A stretch of DNA of 58,172 nucleotides from Octopus bimaculoides (GCF_001194135.2 NC_068998.1:16431116-16489287), one strand, 5' to 3'. Counted from the stretch's first letter, positions 27,801 to 40,416 are shown. Numbers and translations are program-made. Notes: generated from the sequence alone by a model not told the origin.

Positions 27801-29369
27801 GGATTATTATCTTCATTGAATGTGGTCTTGCATTGTCATATTGCAGGATGGCCCCTTTTCTGTAAACTACAGCTGATTGCTTTTTTTATCAAAACTTGAC
27901 CCATTCAAGTTGTTGATGTAATGATGCTTTTCCCTTGTTTAAATAATACAAAGGGAATTCAAAGGGAATGCCTATTGTATTCCACCAAACAGCAAAATCT
28001 TCTTTGGGTCTAGATCTGGTTTCAATGTGGGAACTTGATTTTCATTTGGTGATAGCACTGCTTCTTTTTATGTTTATTGTTAGCATACACTATCCATTTC
28101 CCATTACCTGTTACAGTTCAATTAAGAAAAGCTGTTTGTTCATTCCTGATTAGCAAATTGTTGCAAATAGTTGAATGCATTGCTTTATTCTCAGAGGACA
28201 ATTCATAAGGTTCTCACATCCTTTCCCAATTTGTTTGAGATGATCTTGCACAGTAGACCAAGGTTTTTTAAGCCGCTGAGATAAGTACCTGATACGTTGA
28301 CATAAATCCCTTTCAATTACTATTTCCTTGAAAACATGACATTACTTTTCAATCCTCTTGATATATGTCATAATGACATGCAAATCATAGGTATTGCACT
28401 GGAATGCATGCAGTAAGGACCTCTAGTGATACTTCAATACATTAACATTCAATATTCAACAATCAACCACTATGCCTTGTATTGAACTACAACAAAAACG
28501 ACCAAAATTTCACCCTATCTTTGTACTGCTGATGAACAAAATGTTGCTCTGTCTACAAAAGGGTTGCACCTGAAGAATTTTCTCTTTTGCCATTTTTTTT
28601 TTTTTTAGTTAATACAAAATTGATTTGAAGACAACAAAAATAAAATGTTTGCTCTATTTCTCAATGCTGAATCTTATTATTCACTCGACTGATAAGATTG
28701 ATAAGAATAACGTAGAATGTTTGACTGTGGTCTTGCATTGTCATGCTGATTAATTATGCAACACACACAAGAAAAGTGACTTTTGTCACTTTTCTTCAAA
28801 TGTAGCCTTCTCAGACAGCTTTTTTCAATCAACCCTCTCAACTTGCCACATGCATCCTTACCCCAAACATATACCAATTGTATACATATATATATATAAA
28901 CATATACAAACATATACATACACACACATATACACACCTGTGTGCACATGTGTGTGTGTGTGTGGTTGTATGCATGTGTGTGTGTGTGTGTGTGGTTGTA
29001 TGCATGTGTGTGTGTGTGTGTGTGTGTGCGTGTGTCTATCTGCTTATCCTCTCTAAGAGATCACTTTCTCTAAAACTAGTATATGAACAATATTAAACCA
29101 TAAGGGTATAACAATGGCCCAATGACAGATGTAGGACTCACCTTATATGATAGCAACACCTGAATATTGACAATCTTTCCTAATCTATTTCACAGGTATT
29201 TTTGTATGGCTATGATCTCGAACCTTTCTGGCAATGTTTTAAACCTTCCATGATTCCTGTTGATTTGGGCGGTACAGGACCATGCTACGACCCCAAGCCA
29301 ATGGTTGATGCTCTAGCTAAAGCAGTTGCTGAGAGAGAGCAAGTTACACAGAAGAAGAGCGCTGATTAA
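21645..29369 (+). CDS. RLBP1: Retinaldehyde-binding protein 1 (CRALBP)-like CRAL-TRIO/Sec14 protein, 289 aa, 5 coding exons
   Basis: join(21645-21891,23167-23282,24883-25104,25869-25979,29196-29369) = 870 nt, all GT-AG, ending TAA. Motifs [68 protein letters not shown] and IPVDLGG align without gaps to human CRALBP 155-265 as recalled. ENFK and RxSDxxKMV favour RLBP1 over clavesin. Confidence 0.9.
22020..22475. repeat. 47-57-bp minisatellite, about 8 diverged copies
   Basis: Recurring tgatttaatcaaatata.ccactccctc.actaataaata anchors at 22056, 22113, 22170, 22226, 22273, 22329, 22376 and 22432. Confidence 0.8.
23167..23282 (+). CDS. RLBP1: RLBP1-like coding exon 2
   Basis: ttttag|GC; [10 protein letters not shown]...PERDAQ; CAG|gtgaga. 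Confidence 0.92.
23831..24181 (+). mobile_element. hAT-type MITE
   Basis: TIRs caggggtcctcaacc and gattgagaaccactg; 8-bp TSD attt(t/a)gag. Related copies at about 20200-20465 and 34322-34658. Confidence 0.8.
24355..24736 (+). mobile_element. SINE family A copy in RLBP1-like intron 2, nested in an older SINE
   Basis: 14-bp TSD agtctgggaattga at 24341-24354 and 24737-24750. Confidence 0.9.
24883..25104 (+). CDS. RLBP1: RLBP1-like coding exon 3
   Basis: tttag|GGA; 222 nt, phase 0/0; CAA|gtaagt. Confidence 0.93.
25869..25979 (+). CDS. RLBP1: RLBP1-like coding exon 4
   Basis: ttttacag|GGG; [19 protein letters not shown]...LASR; AGG|gtaagc. Too short to appear in the ORF track. Confidence 0.93.
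26151..26534 (-). mobile_element. SINE family A copy in RLBP1-like intron 4 (inverted)
   Basis: Reverse complement of family A; 13-bp TSD cataatc(g/a)cacat. Confidence 0.9.
26855..26985 (-). mobile_element. CR1/L2-type LINE 3' fragment (second copy at about 45330-45545)
   Basis: [30 protein letters not shown] on the minus strand. Confidence 0.65.
27223..27426. mobile_element. piggyBac-type MITE
   Basis: ttaa|ccctttaacatt ... aatgctaaaggg|tcaa. A related copy at about 47767-48190 is interrupted by a SINE with a 17-bp TSD. Confidence 0.65.
27500..28400 (-). pseudogene. Mariner (D,D34D) transposase remnant in RLBP1-like intron 4
   Basis: Minus-strand fragments [23 protein letters not shown] and [11 protein letters not shown], with stops and frameshifts. 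A second HDNARP fragment lies at about 28680-28850. Confidence 0.8.
29196..29369 (+). CDS. RLBP1: RLBP1-like coding exon 5 (terminal)
   Basis: cacag|GTA; VFLYGYDL...[14 protein letters not shown]...KKSAD*. Confidence 0.9.
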   Translation, partial: VFLYGYDLEPFWQCFKPSMIPVDLGGTGPCYDPKPMVDALAKAVAEREQVTQKKSAD

Positions 29370-29580
29370 TGTTCTATGTTATTAACAAACATCAATTGTA
29401 ATCTGTCTATTGTAAACATTATTGTTATAAACACTATGTTGTTAATTCTGTTTTGGAACTGTGGCTCTCAAAACCAAATAAGGCTATAAATAATAGAAAA
29501 AGTCAAGTCCAGAGGCAGCCATTGAATTTTTTAATCCAAAGGGATTGTTGTAACTCAATATTTACACAATATTTAAGGTA

Positions 29581-30410
29581 GCAAGCTGGCAGAAACGTTA
29601 GAACACCAGGCGAAATACTTAGCAGTATTTCATCTGTCTTTATGTTCTGAGTTCAAATTCCGCTGAGGTCGACTCTGCCTTTCATCCTTCCGGGGTTGAT
29701 AAATTAAGTACCAGTTACGCACTGGGGTCGATGTAATCACCTTAATCCCTTTGTCTGTCCTTGTTTGTCCCCTCTATGTTTAGCCCCTTGTGGGCAATAA
29801 AGAAATAAGAAACGTTAGAACACCAGGCAAAATGCTTAGCAATATTTCATCTGTCTTTGTGTTCTGAGTTCAAATTCCGCTGAGGTCAACTCTGCCTTTC
29901 ATCCTTTCAGGATCAATAAATTAAGTACCAGTTGCATACTGGGGTTGATCTAATCGACTGCTCCCTCCTCCCCAAAATTTCAGGCCTTGTGCCTAGAGTA
30001 CAAAAGAATATTACAGACAACTAAAGCAGGAAGCTGGCAGAAATGTTAGCACACTGGGCGAAATGCTTAGCGGTATTTCATCTGTCTTATGTTCTGAGTT
30101 CAAATCCCTCTGAGGTCAACATTGCCTTCCGTCCTTTTGGGGTCGATAAATTAAGTACCAGTTGTGTACTGGAGCTGGTTTAATCGACTACCCCCCCCCC
30201 ACTCCCCAGAAATTTCGGGTCTTGTGCCTAGAGTAGAAAAGAATATTTACGCACTATTTGTTCTGAGTTCAAATTTTGCCATGGTCAGCATTGCCTTTCA
30301 TCCTCTCAGGGTCGATAAAATGAGTACATGTTGAGCACTGTGGGTTGATGTAATCAACCTAAATCTTTCCATGAACATGCTGGCCTTGTAACCAAATTTG
30401 AAATCAATAT
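29581..30410 (+). mobile_element. Cluster of 4 head-to-tail SINE family B copies
   Basis: Repeats of gctggcaga..gttag..gttctgagttcaaatt..tttgcctttcatcct..ggggtcgataaa..agtaccag. Other approximate copies at 1455-1670, 3400-3600, 5300-5520, 18735-18905, 23490-23770(-), 34655-35035, 42020-42130(-), 47840-48040 and 55825-55975. Confidence 0.85.
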
Positions 30411-30825
30411 CTACATGCTGTTATATTTATAGCTTTATTTGCTTCAAGATCTACCATTCCAAAAAATAATTATTTCACGTTCTCTTGAAAGTTTATAAAT
30501 TCTAATGATGTTAATAATGGTATCATTGTAAATGCTGTGATATTATTGTGAACTTTACAGTCATATTGTAAACACTATTGCCTTAGTGTAAACAATATTG
30601 TACAAAACGACATGCATTCCCTTATTTATCTACCATGTGATTTAAGAAAAATCAATTTTTTTTTTGCAACACAATGGAGTCATTGCAGTATTAAAATGAT
30701 TATTAATGATAGTCACAATGTTAGTCACAATGATAGTCAAAATGATTATTAATGATAGTCACAATAGTTTGACAGCTTTGCTGTTTGTGAAAACTTACTT
30801 TGCCTCATACTAAAAAAAAACATAT

Positions 30826-31080
30826 ATATATATTATTTATTTAAGGTCACAATACATGTATTAAAGCGCTACTAATAGTTTCATATGTTGAGAGAACTCA
30901 AACATAGTCTTCAGGTGCAAACCACATATTATAATGAACTAAAGAAATTGAATAATAGAAAGAAGGTGAAATAAACTGAGAAGATTTGCACCTGAAGAAT
31001 ATATTTGAGTTTTCTCAACATATGAAACTATTAGTAGTGCTTTAATACATGTATTGTGACTTTAAATAAATAATATTTAT
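30826..31080. repeat. Near-perfect long inverted repeat (96-bp arms, 63-bp loop)
   Basis: 30826-30921 is the reverse complement of 30985-31080 with about 6 mismatches. Confidence 0.92.
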
Positions 31081-31553
31081 CTCTCACCAGATAGAGTACT
31101 TTTTTTGTTGAATTTTCTTCATGGATCAGTACATATATATATATATATATATATATANNNNNNNNNNNNNNNNNNNNNNNNNNNNNNNNNNNNNNNNNNN
31201 NNNNNNNNNNNNNNNNNNNNNNNNNNNNNNNNNNNNNNNNNNNNNNNNNNNNNNNNNNNNNNNNNNNNNNNNNNNNNNNNNNNNNNNNNNNNNNNNNNNN
31301 NNNNNNNNNNNNNNNNNNNNNNNNNNNNNNNNNNNNNNNNNNNNNNNNNNNNNNNNNNNNNNNNNNNNNNNNNNNNNNNNNNNNNNNNNNNNNNNNNNNN
31401 NNNNNNNNNNNNNNNNNNNNNNNNNNNNNNNNNNNNNNNNNNNNNNNNNNNNNNNNNNNNNNNNNNNNNNNNNNNNNNNNNNNNNNNNNNNNNNNNNNNN
31501 NNNNNNNNNNNNNNNNNNNNNNNNNNNNNNNNNNNNNNNNNNNNNNNNNNNNN

Positions 31554-31585
<32 letters not shown>

Positions 31586-32239
31586 TGATAGAAAAGGTAA
31601 GACAACAAAAGAAAGAAAGAGACCTGTAATAGAGGAATTTATCTGTAAATAATATGTGACAATTATTCGGTAGCCATGATAAAACTCCGAGTTTCGGATG
31701 TCGGGGCAGAAACCCATGTTATCTGGCCATTGAAAAATGCTATGGAAATGACCGTTAAACAAAGGGAAATTACTGTGTGATTGACCGTTATTAAGACAAA
31801 AGAGCTATTAGAATGACCGCCAAGTGAGGGGAGGGAGTTTTATCATGGCTACTGAATAATTGTCACATGTCATTTACAGATATATATATATATGTGTGTG
31901 TATGTATGTATGTATGTATTATGTATATGTGTGTGTGTGTGTGTATGTATGTATATATACATACATACACATATATAATCATATGATGTCTACTTATCCA
32001 TGCTTGCGTGAGTCTGGTGGAATTTCTTGAGGCAAATTTTCTATGACTGAATGCCCTTCCAGCTGCCGATTCAAACTCTTTCCAGTCAAGGTAGTATTTC
32101 CCAAGGCCAGACAGGTTCTTCAAAATGAACAACATTGCCTGCATGACATTGATGCACATTTACAACCATTACATGATGTCAAGACACGGGTACATACAAA
32201 CACATGCACTCACATATGGAGATACGTGGTGTGTGTGCA

Positions 32240-32275
<36 letters not shown>

Positions 32276-32473
32276 TGTGTGTGAGTGTGAGAGTGTGGGT
32301 GTGTGAGTGTGTCTCCTTCGCTTAACATTCTGTAAGAAATTAAGAGTCTCACAGTCATACAAGCAACAGTGTCCATTTTCAATATTCTGTGAAAACACGT
32401 CTGGCCAAAGAAAATCTGCCTCAACAAATTCCATCTGAGCCATCCAAGCATGGAAAAGTGTACATTAAAAAAA

Positions 32474-32524
<51 letters not shown>

Positions 32525-32661
32525 CATATGTGTATGTAAACACANNNNNNNNNNNNNNNNNNNNNNNNNNNNNNNNNNNNNNNNNNNNNNNNNNNNNNNN
32601 NNNNNNNNNNNNNNNNNNNNNNNNNNNNNNNNNNNNNNNNNNNNNNNNNNNNNNNNNNNNN

Positions 32662-32713
<52 letters not shown>

Positions 32714-33289
32714 TTCTTTTGCAAAGCAATCAAATGAACGAAAAGAAAAAGAATGCATTGTTATTTTTGTTCAAAATTATTTAAAAATTATTTAAAAGTA
32801 TTTTTATATTATTACAAATATGAAAATCTTTGCAAATCAATTATTTTTTGCCACAAAATAAAAACAATTGATCTTTTTTTTTTTCCAATGAAGCTTTATT
32901 TATTGTTTTGTTTGAATGGTAGCAGCAGTTTCAAAAGAAGCTATAAGAGTGTTCGTTGGGGAGTGTTAGTCTAATGTTAACACATATGATGCTGTCGGTA
33001 TAATACAAACGAATTATAATGGGGAAGAAACAGTATGGTTAGATACAGCAACTGGTGAAATAACAATTTCCACTGAAACAGTTAATCTCTCAACAGTTAT
33101 GTCCATAACAGAATCCAGCTCAAATCAATCTTGTTAATGAGGCAAGGATGACATTGGTAATTAGCTGCTATTATAACCCATCTTCTAATCATTCTGTACC
33201 ATGCCTTCAGTCCTGCTATATAATTCAAGTCAAACATGCTGAAGTTTGTTTCTCTCTCTGTCTCTCTTTTTTATTACATTTTATCCTCC

Positions 33290-33357
33290 TCATCGATGTA
33301 GTAAAGATTTCATTTCATAATCGTGAAGGATTTCGTCTCTCGATGCTCGAGCGAGAA
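33290..33357 (-). CDS. EB-repeat protein terminal exon
   Basis: ttttatttccccag|; LARASRDEILHDYEMKSLLHR* if exon k is included; AATAAA on the minus strand at 33275-33270. Confidence 0.7.
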
Positions 33358-33721
33358 CTGGGGAAATAAAACAAACTATTTCAATGAATGTTGATTGAAA
33401 CATTTAAGCAAAGGCTCTGCTTTTTAGTTTTTTTTTGTTTTTTTTACAGCTTCTTTAACCAAGACAGAAAATCTTAAAATATTAGAAAACATCTGTGAAT
33501 ATAGATTGAAAATACTTATGGAAGGGAATTCAATAGGACTGAAACTATGTGCCAGAAACTCTGTGTGTGTGTGTGTGTTTGTGTGCGCACGTGTGTGTGC
33601 ATGTGTATGTGCATGCATGCATGAGTGTCCTACACCTGAGTGAGTTTCCAAATTTGAAGCCCTTCGTGATATTCTAAAGATGATAACTTTTATTACATAA
33701 GCTAACTGTAAATTATATGAG

Positions 33722-33787
<66 letters not shown>

Positions 33788-35926
33788 ATCAACGAATCCA
33801 TAAGTCAGAAAAAATATGCTCTCATATATTTGACAATAGAGTGGATATATTAATTGAAGTGTACAGCATTATATCAGTTACAGCAGATCCTACCAATCAG
33901 TTTCACACTAGGGCTTCAATGGAGTATTCGACAACAGCCCAGTTATGTAACCCTGTACTCTTCAGAGATGGCAGTTATATATATATATATATTAGTTCTA
34001 TATAAACTATTTTTATATAACTAATAAACACATGAAGTTATTAAGTCTGCAAGTTCACTATTTTCACCAAGCTAGATATTACATTATGTTTAGTAGGAAA
34101 TATATTTTGATTGGATAAAAAAGTAAATACTTACTTGCATTTTTTTCTGGAATAAACCATTATTGCAATGAAAAGAAGCAGAATTAAAACTGCAGCAGCA
34201 ATTGGTGCAAGTACACGATCTGCAATATTGTAACAAACGCAGTGATAATAACAAGTATTTATCTCTAACATGTATGTGGAAAGTAAGTCTTCGAGTGATA
34301 CTTATTCTATTGTGTCTAGAGCAGCAGTTTTCAATCTATATGATGCCTGGGGGTTCATACAAGATTTTTTAGGGTCCACGCAAGCAAAATAGTAAACTGG
34401 AGATTCACAGAAATATTTTAAGAGTCCAGGAAAAACATTTGATTTACATGTATTTATTGTAAGAAACAGCAAGATTCCTTTCTCTAATGTTTTACATAAT
34501 TCAACTTGTGCAAGTTAATGTGTGAAAAGCAAATTAGGAATTTTGAAAGAAGCATCCGTAAAACTAGTTTTTAAACATGGAATGGCTATGGAGGTCCACC
34601 AGAGTAAAATAGTAAACAAAGGGGTCCATTGGTAAAAAAAAATGGTTGAGAAGATGCTTAGCAGCATTATGTTCTGAGTTCAAATTCTGTTGAGATTGAC
34701 TTTGCCTTTCATCTTTCTGGGATTGATAAAATAAGCACTGGGGTCGATGTAATCGACGTACCCACTTCCACGAAATTGCTGGCCTTGTGCCAAAATTTGA
34801 AATCAATATTAATATTATATTAAGGCAGCAAGCTGGCAGAATCGTTAGCATGCTGAACAAAGTGCTTAACAGCATTTTGTCCACTTTCACATTCTGAGTT
34901 CAAATTCTGCCGAGGTCGACTTTGCCTTTTATTCTTTCGGAGTTGATAAAATAAGTACCAGTTGAGCACTGGGTTGATGTAATCAACTTGTCCACCACCC
35001 TGAAATTGCTGGCCTTGTGAAAAAATTTGAAACTAATATTTATGGTTTCTTGTCGAGTCTGTTGTTCTCAGTTCAAATGCCATTACAACTGAACATGCTA
35101 GATGCTTTGAAAGACACAGATGGTCAAGATCCAAGGGGGTGAGGTTAAAATATTATCTAAAAAGCAAAAGACTTCAGTCTCATCCTTGCTATATACAGTG
35201 TCCTTGGGTCAAACACTCACTGGATAAATCCATCTGGTTGTAAATAAGTACTATATATAAGTACTGTATATAAACTCAGTACTGAAAGTAGTGGAAGTAA
35301 TACATATAATTATTTCTAACCCTGCAACAAGGCCAGCAGCTTTGAAGGAGGGGAAAATGGGTTTCGTCAACCCCAATGCTGAACTAGTACTTATTTTATC
35401 AACCCTGAAGTGATGAAAGGCAAAGTCAACTTCAGCAGAATTTTAATGTTATATTGCATATGTGAAGCCCTACCATATTTGTACTTTAGTTTGCAGAATA
35501 CATTGCTGAAGTATTTTTCCTTAGCCATATTGATGATTTAATAATCAGAACACAACATTTTCTCTGTTTCAATATATATAAGTGATCAGTCTTTGTATTC
35601 AAATCAAGACTAAAATATGTTTGTTCTTTTAGCTCTAAAGATCAAGTTCACTCAAAATTGTCGCCTCCAATTTCCATTAATTAATCTGATGTGAGGTATC
35701 TCCCATGTCTGATATTTTTTCTTCTTTTGTTTTTTACACAGTCATAGCTCGTAGCTAGAACCCCAGGACATTTTTTTAAGCCTAGCACTTGTTCAATCAG
35801 TTTTTATTTATTTATTTATTTTTTTTTTTGCTGAACTGCTAAGTTACAGGAACGTAAATACACCAACACCGATTGTCAAGGGGTGATAGGGGACAAACTT
35901 AGACACAAAGACATGCACTCATAGAT

Positions 35927-35973
<47 letters not shown>

Positions 35974-38900
35974 ACCAAAACATTCAAACACTGAGATTTG
36001 AAATCTATGTGTGTGTGTGTGTGTGTGTGACAAGCAGCTTCCGTCTACCAAATCCACTCACAAGGCTTTGGTCAACCCAAGGCTATAGTAGATGACACTT
36101 GCCCAACATGTCACGCGGTGGGACTGAACCCAAAACCATGTGGCTGGGAAAATTTTAATCAACTGATCTTATTTTGCTCCTTTTTGCCTTTAGATATGAA
36201 ATAATCCCAGAGTGAGTTTTAAATACTACTTGTATGGATAATCTCAACTGATCAAAGTTTTTTTTTCAATTCATTGTAGTACGTATGTGATACTCCACCT
36301 TATCAATACTTGAGGATATTATCTTTATTTGGCTGTGTGAATCATATTGATAACTTTTAACCCTTTTTGTTACCATATCTCTGTTAAAATACTCAGCTTT
36401 TCTTTATTAATTTTGAAAATAAAATGTTTAATACAATAACTGCCATTATTAAACTGTTGTTTGGAACATAATTTAACATGAAATTTTAATGGCAGGTTTT
36501 AATTAGGGTGATTTTTAAAGATGATGTTTACGTCATAGAAATGAGGGTGATTTTAGGCAGGTTGATATCGAATATTATATTAATAACATTAATATTATAT
36601 AATTTCTTAATATTATTAATATTCAGCCAATAGAAACCATGCCAAAGCAACCAATGGAGTCTGATGCAGTTCTCTGGTTTGCCAGCTCCTGTCAAACCAT
36701 TCAACCTATGCCAGCCTAGAAGATGGACTTCGGAGGAAGAGGAGGATAAAAATAAAATAATTACCAAGTAATTTATTCCCTTCTGTGAGATCATCAACAG
36801 CTCTGTTGATACATGATTCTCCTGAAGAACCATCATTGCAGTGACCTGGTAAGGAGAGATGGAGAAATTACCAAAAACAAAAAATGTCAGTCTTGAATAC
36901 TAATGAGATGAAACAAAGAGATGCTACTTCAATGACAAAGTATAAAATTCTAACAGTTGCAAATGAAATCCCATATTAGTTTGTTAAGTCGTTGGTACAA
37001 CACCAAAGACTTCATCTTTATATAGTGATACAAGAGAAGACACACTGATATCTTGTTTTTCCTTTTATTTAATTTTCTTCTGCAGATCCCTAAAAGTATT
37101 TAAATTCAGCGCTCCAGCAAACAAAATAGTTGTTAATTATAAATTGCTTCCACTAAACAAAGTAATGTATGTATGTACGTACGTATGTATGTATGTATGT
37201 ATGTATGTATGTATGTATGTATGTATGTATGTATGTATGTATGTATGTATGTATGTATGTATGTATGTATGTATGTATGTATGTATGTATGTTTTCATGC
37301 ATGTATGTATGTATGCATGCATGCATGTATGTATGTATGTATGTATATATGTATGTATGTATCCATGCATGTATGTATGTATGCATGCATGTATGTATGT
37401 ATGCATGCATGTATGTATGTATGTATGTATGTATGTATGTACGTATGTGTGCATGCATGCATGTAGGGACAAGCCCATTGTAGTTTGGGCTTCTACCACT
37501 AGAAGCCATTTGATGCAACCCTTAGACATCAGGCTGCAGACCAGTGTTGTCAGCTGAGGTCGTTCAGCTTCATGGTGCATCTTTGTTTTGCAATGCTTCT
37601 CCCCCGTTTGTCGATTTTTCTGATGACTTAAACAAAGGAACAGTGTGCTCCCATGAAATTCTGTTTTCTGCCAGAGAAAACAGCAGCCAAAACAGATGTC
37701 ATGCTTCAAACAGCTTCCAAGGACCCTGCCATGAGCAAAACACAAGTTTACAAGTGGTTTTCACACTTTAGGGATGGTTATTTGTCGCTTGAACACCAAC
37801 CTCGTTCAGGGCAACCATCAACCTCCTGAACAAATGAAAGCATCATGAAAATTCATGAACTGATCTTGGAGGACTGTCACTGAACAATTGACGAATTTGT
37901 TGACATGATTGGTGTGTTCTGGAGCTCCTGCCAACGAATTTTGAGTGAGGAATTGCAAATGAAGCAAAATTTGTGCCTCACTTGCTCGAGGAAGGTCAAA
38001 AGCAGTCACAACTGAATGCATGTCATGAACTGAAAGAACAGTTGGAAGTTGATCCAGAGCCTTTTCCGAAGGTCATCACTGGTGATGAAAGCTGGTGCTA
38101 TGGAATTTACTGATGTGGAAGAGGTGAAGAAAAAAATGACAGAGGTGTTAAAAGGCATCACTTCTCAAGGGTTCCAGCACTGCTTCGAACAGTGGAAAAT
38201 GCATCTGGACTGATGCATTGCTTCAAATGGAGAATACTTTGAAGGCAATAAAAGTGTAAATATGTAAAACTAAGTGAATGAAATAAGATTGCAAAATTCC
38301 AGTTTCTTCAGGGTATCCCCTTGTATGTATGTATATATATAAATAACACTCACTCAATTATATAATCCTATTATTCTCATAGAAGATAAGCTTGTAATTT
38401 CCAACAACACCTCTCACAGCATACAGAGATGACTTATTAAAAAAAGTAAAATGCTTCATTAATACAATAAACACCCAAACAAACAGCGACATTAGTGAAC
38501 AACCAATATATTAGAGCCATATCATCACAGATCCAATATATGACCAACATCTACAGTCTCCCCAGAAGTCTTTGCATCCTTATAGGCTGCACAGATATCA
38601 CAACCAGAGATCATCTGTTTGCTGAAACAGAAATATTCAAAAGGAGCAACTATTCTAACATGAAAGCTTTCATGCAGCTTGTTTTCGCAGCAAGTACCAA
38701 CACTCACAGTGTCTGTCAATATAGGTTTGGCTGTCAGTTACCTTCAGACACACACGTAGGTGCTAGGACACTTCATTCCCAGTTATTTCGTCGTTGGTTA
38801 ATTTGTCCCAGGTCAATTCGTCGTTGATCAGTTCCTACCCAGGTCAATTAGTCGTTGGTTAATTCATCCCAAAATACTCTTAGATGTGATTTTTGAGGGG

Positions 38901-38983
38901 AAGTTTAGAACAATCACTTTGGAATAAATTGTCGTTGGACAGTTTTAGATATATTTTTCCTTTCTTTAACCCCCGCCTCTCTT

Positions 38984-39020
<37 letters not shown>

Positions 39021-40373
39021 GTATATCATCATCATCATCATCATCATCGTTTAACGTCCGCTTTCCATGCTAACATGGGTTGGACGATTTGACTGAGGAC
39101 TGGTGAAACCGGATGGCAACACCAGGCTCCAATCTAATTTGGCAGAGTTTCTACAGCTGGATGCCCTTCCTAACGCCAACCACTCAGAGAGTGTAGTGGG
39201 TGCTTTTACGTGTCACCCGCATGAAAACGGCCNNNNNNNNNNNNNNNNNNNNNNNNNNNNNNNNNNNNNNNNNNNNNNNNNNNNNNNNNNNNNNNNNNNN
39301 NNNNNNNNNNNNNNNNNNNNNNNNNNNNNNNNNNNNNNNNNNNNNNNNNNNNNNNNNNNNNNNNNNNNNNNNNNNNNNNNNNNNNNNNNNNNNNNNNNNN
39401 NNNNNNNNNNNNNNNNNNNNNNNNNNNNNNNNNNNNNNNNNNNNNNNNNNNNNNNNNNNNNNNNNNNNNNNNNNNATATATATATAATTAAGTTACAGTT
39501 AAGCTGGTTCCTATGTATTTCCCTGAAGAGAAGATTACATCTTTATCAACATCACCTATTCCTTTGGAAGGAACCATTTGTAATCTTCGAAACATATGTT
39601 GGAAATAAAAGAATTCATTTAACATATGCGTATTACTCCATTTATTAAATTTTTATATTTACTCAATTGCCCAAAATAACAGGGAGTTTCTACATCATAA
39701 ACAGGTGTTACACCACAGTCATTTTATGATCTTTGCTACTCTGGTATCTATTAACCAATTTATTTTGTCGGAGTTAATTATTAACTAAGAGAAAATAAAT
39801 ACATATAATAATATATATATATATAAAGTATCTGCACTGAACAGTTTACGAACAAAGATTTTTCAAGCAAATCGAATTAAATTTATTCAATACGCCCACC
39901 CATGAACATAACCACCTGCAAAGTCATGACACTAGAGAAAAGAAAAATCAAAGTGGTAGATCAAGAAAATACCTGGCTTATCAAATTCTGTCAAACCATC
40001 CAACCCATACAAACATGGAAAATTGACGTTAAGTGATGATGATGATGATGATGATTACGAACAAACAAAAAAGCATCGTTTATCCTCTTCTTTTCGGTTT
40101 TTTTTTTCGTTATTGTTTTGCACCATAAATTGTACAATTATTATACTTTCTCTTACTCGTTTCAGTCATCAGACTGCAGCCATACTGGAGCACTGCCTTG
40201 AAGAATTTTTAGTCAAATGAATCAACCTCAGGACTTGTGTTTAAAGCCTAGTACTCATTGTATTTGTCTCTTTTGCTAAACCGCTAAGTTATGGGGACGT
40301 AAACACAGTAATACCAGTTGTCAAGCGGTGGCGGGGAACAAACACAGACACAAAGACACATGTGCGCATGCAT

Positions 40374-40416
<43 letters not shown>

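Noticed and set aside
29581-30410. CRISPR-like repeat-spacer pattern in recurring gttctgagttcaaatt motifs and in the minisatellites
   Set aside because: Eukaryotic context; the intervening sequences are homologous SINE bodies rather than unique spacers; no cas genes.
38495-38760. Cys-containing ORFs (CCENKLH..., KCPSTYVCV) as an extra EB-gene exon
   Set aside because: No good acceptor/donor pair or module spacing, and stops in the candidate frames. The gene joins cleanly from 41652 to 36845.
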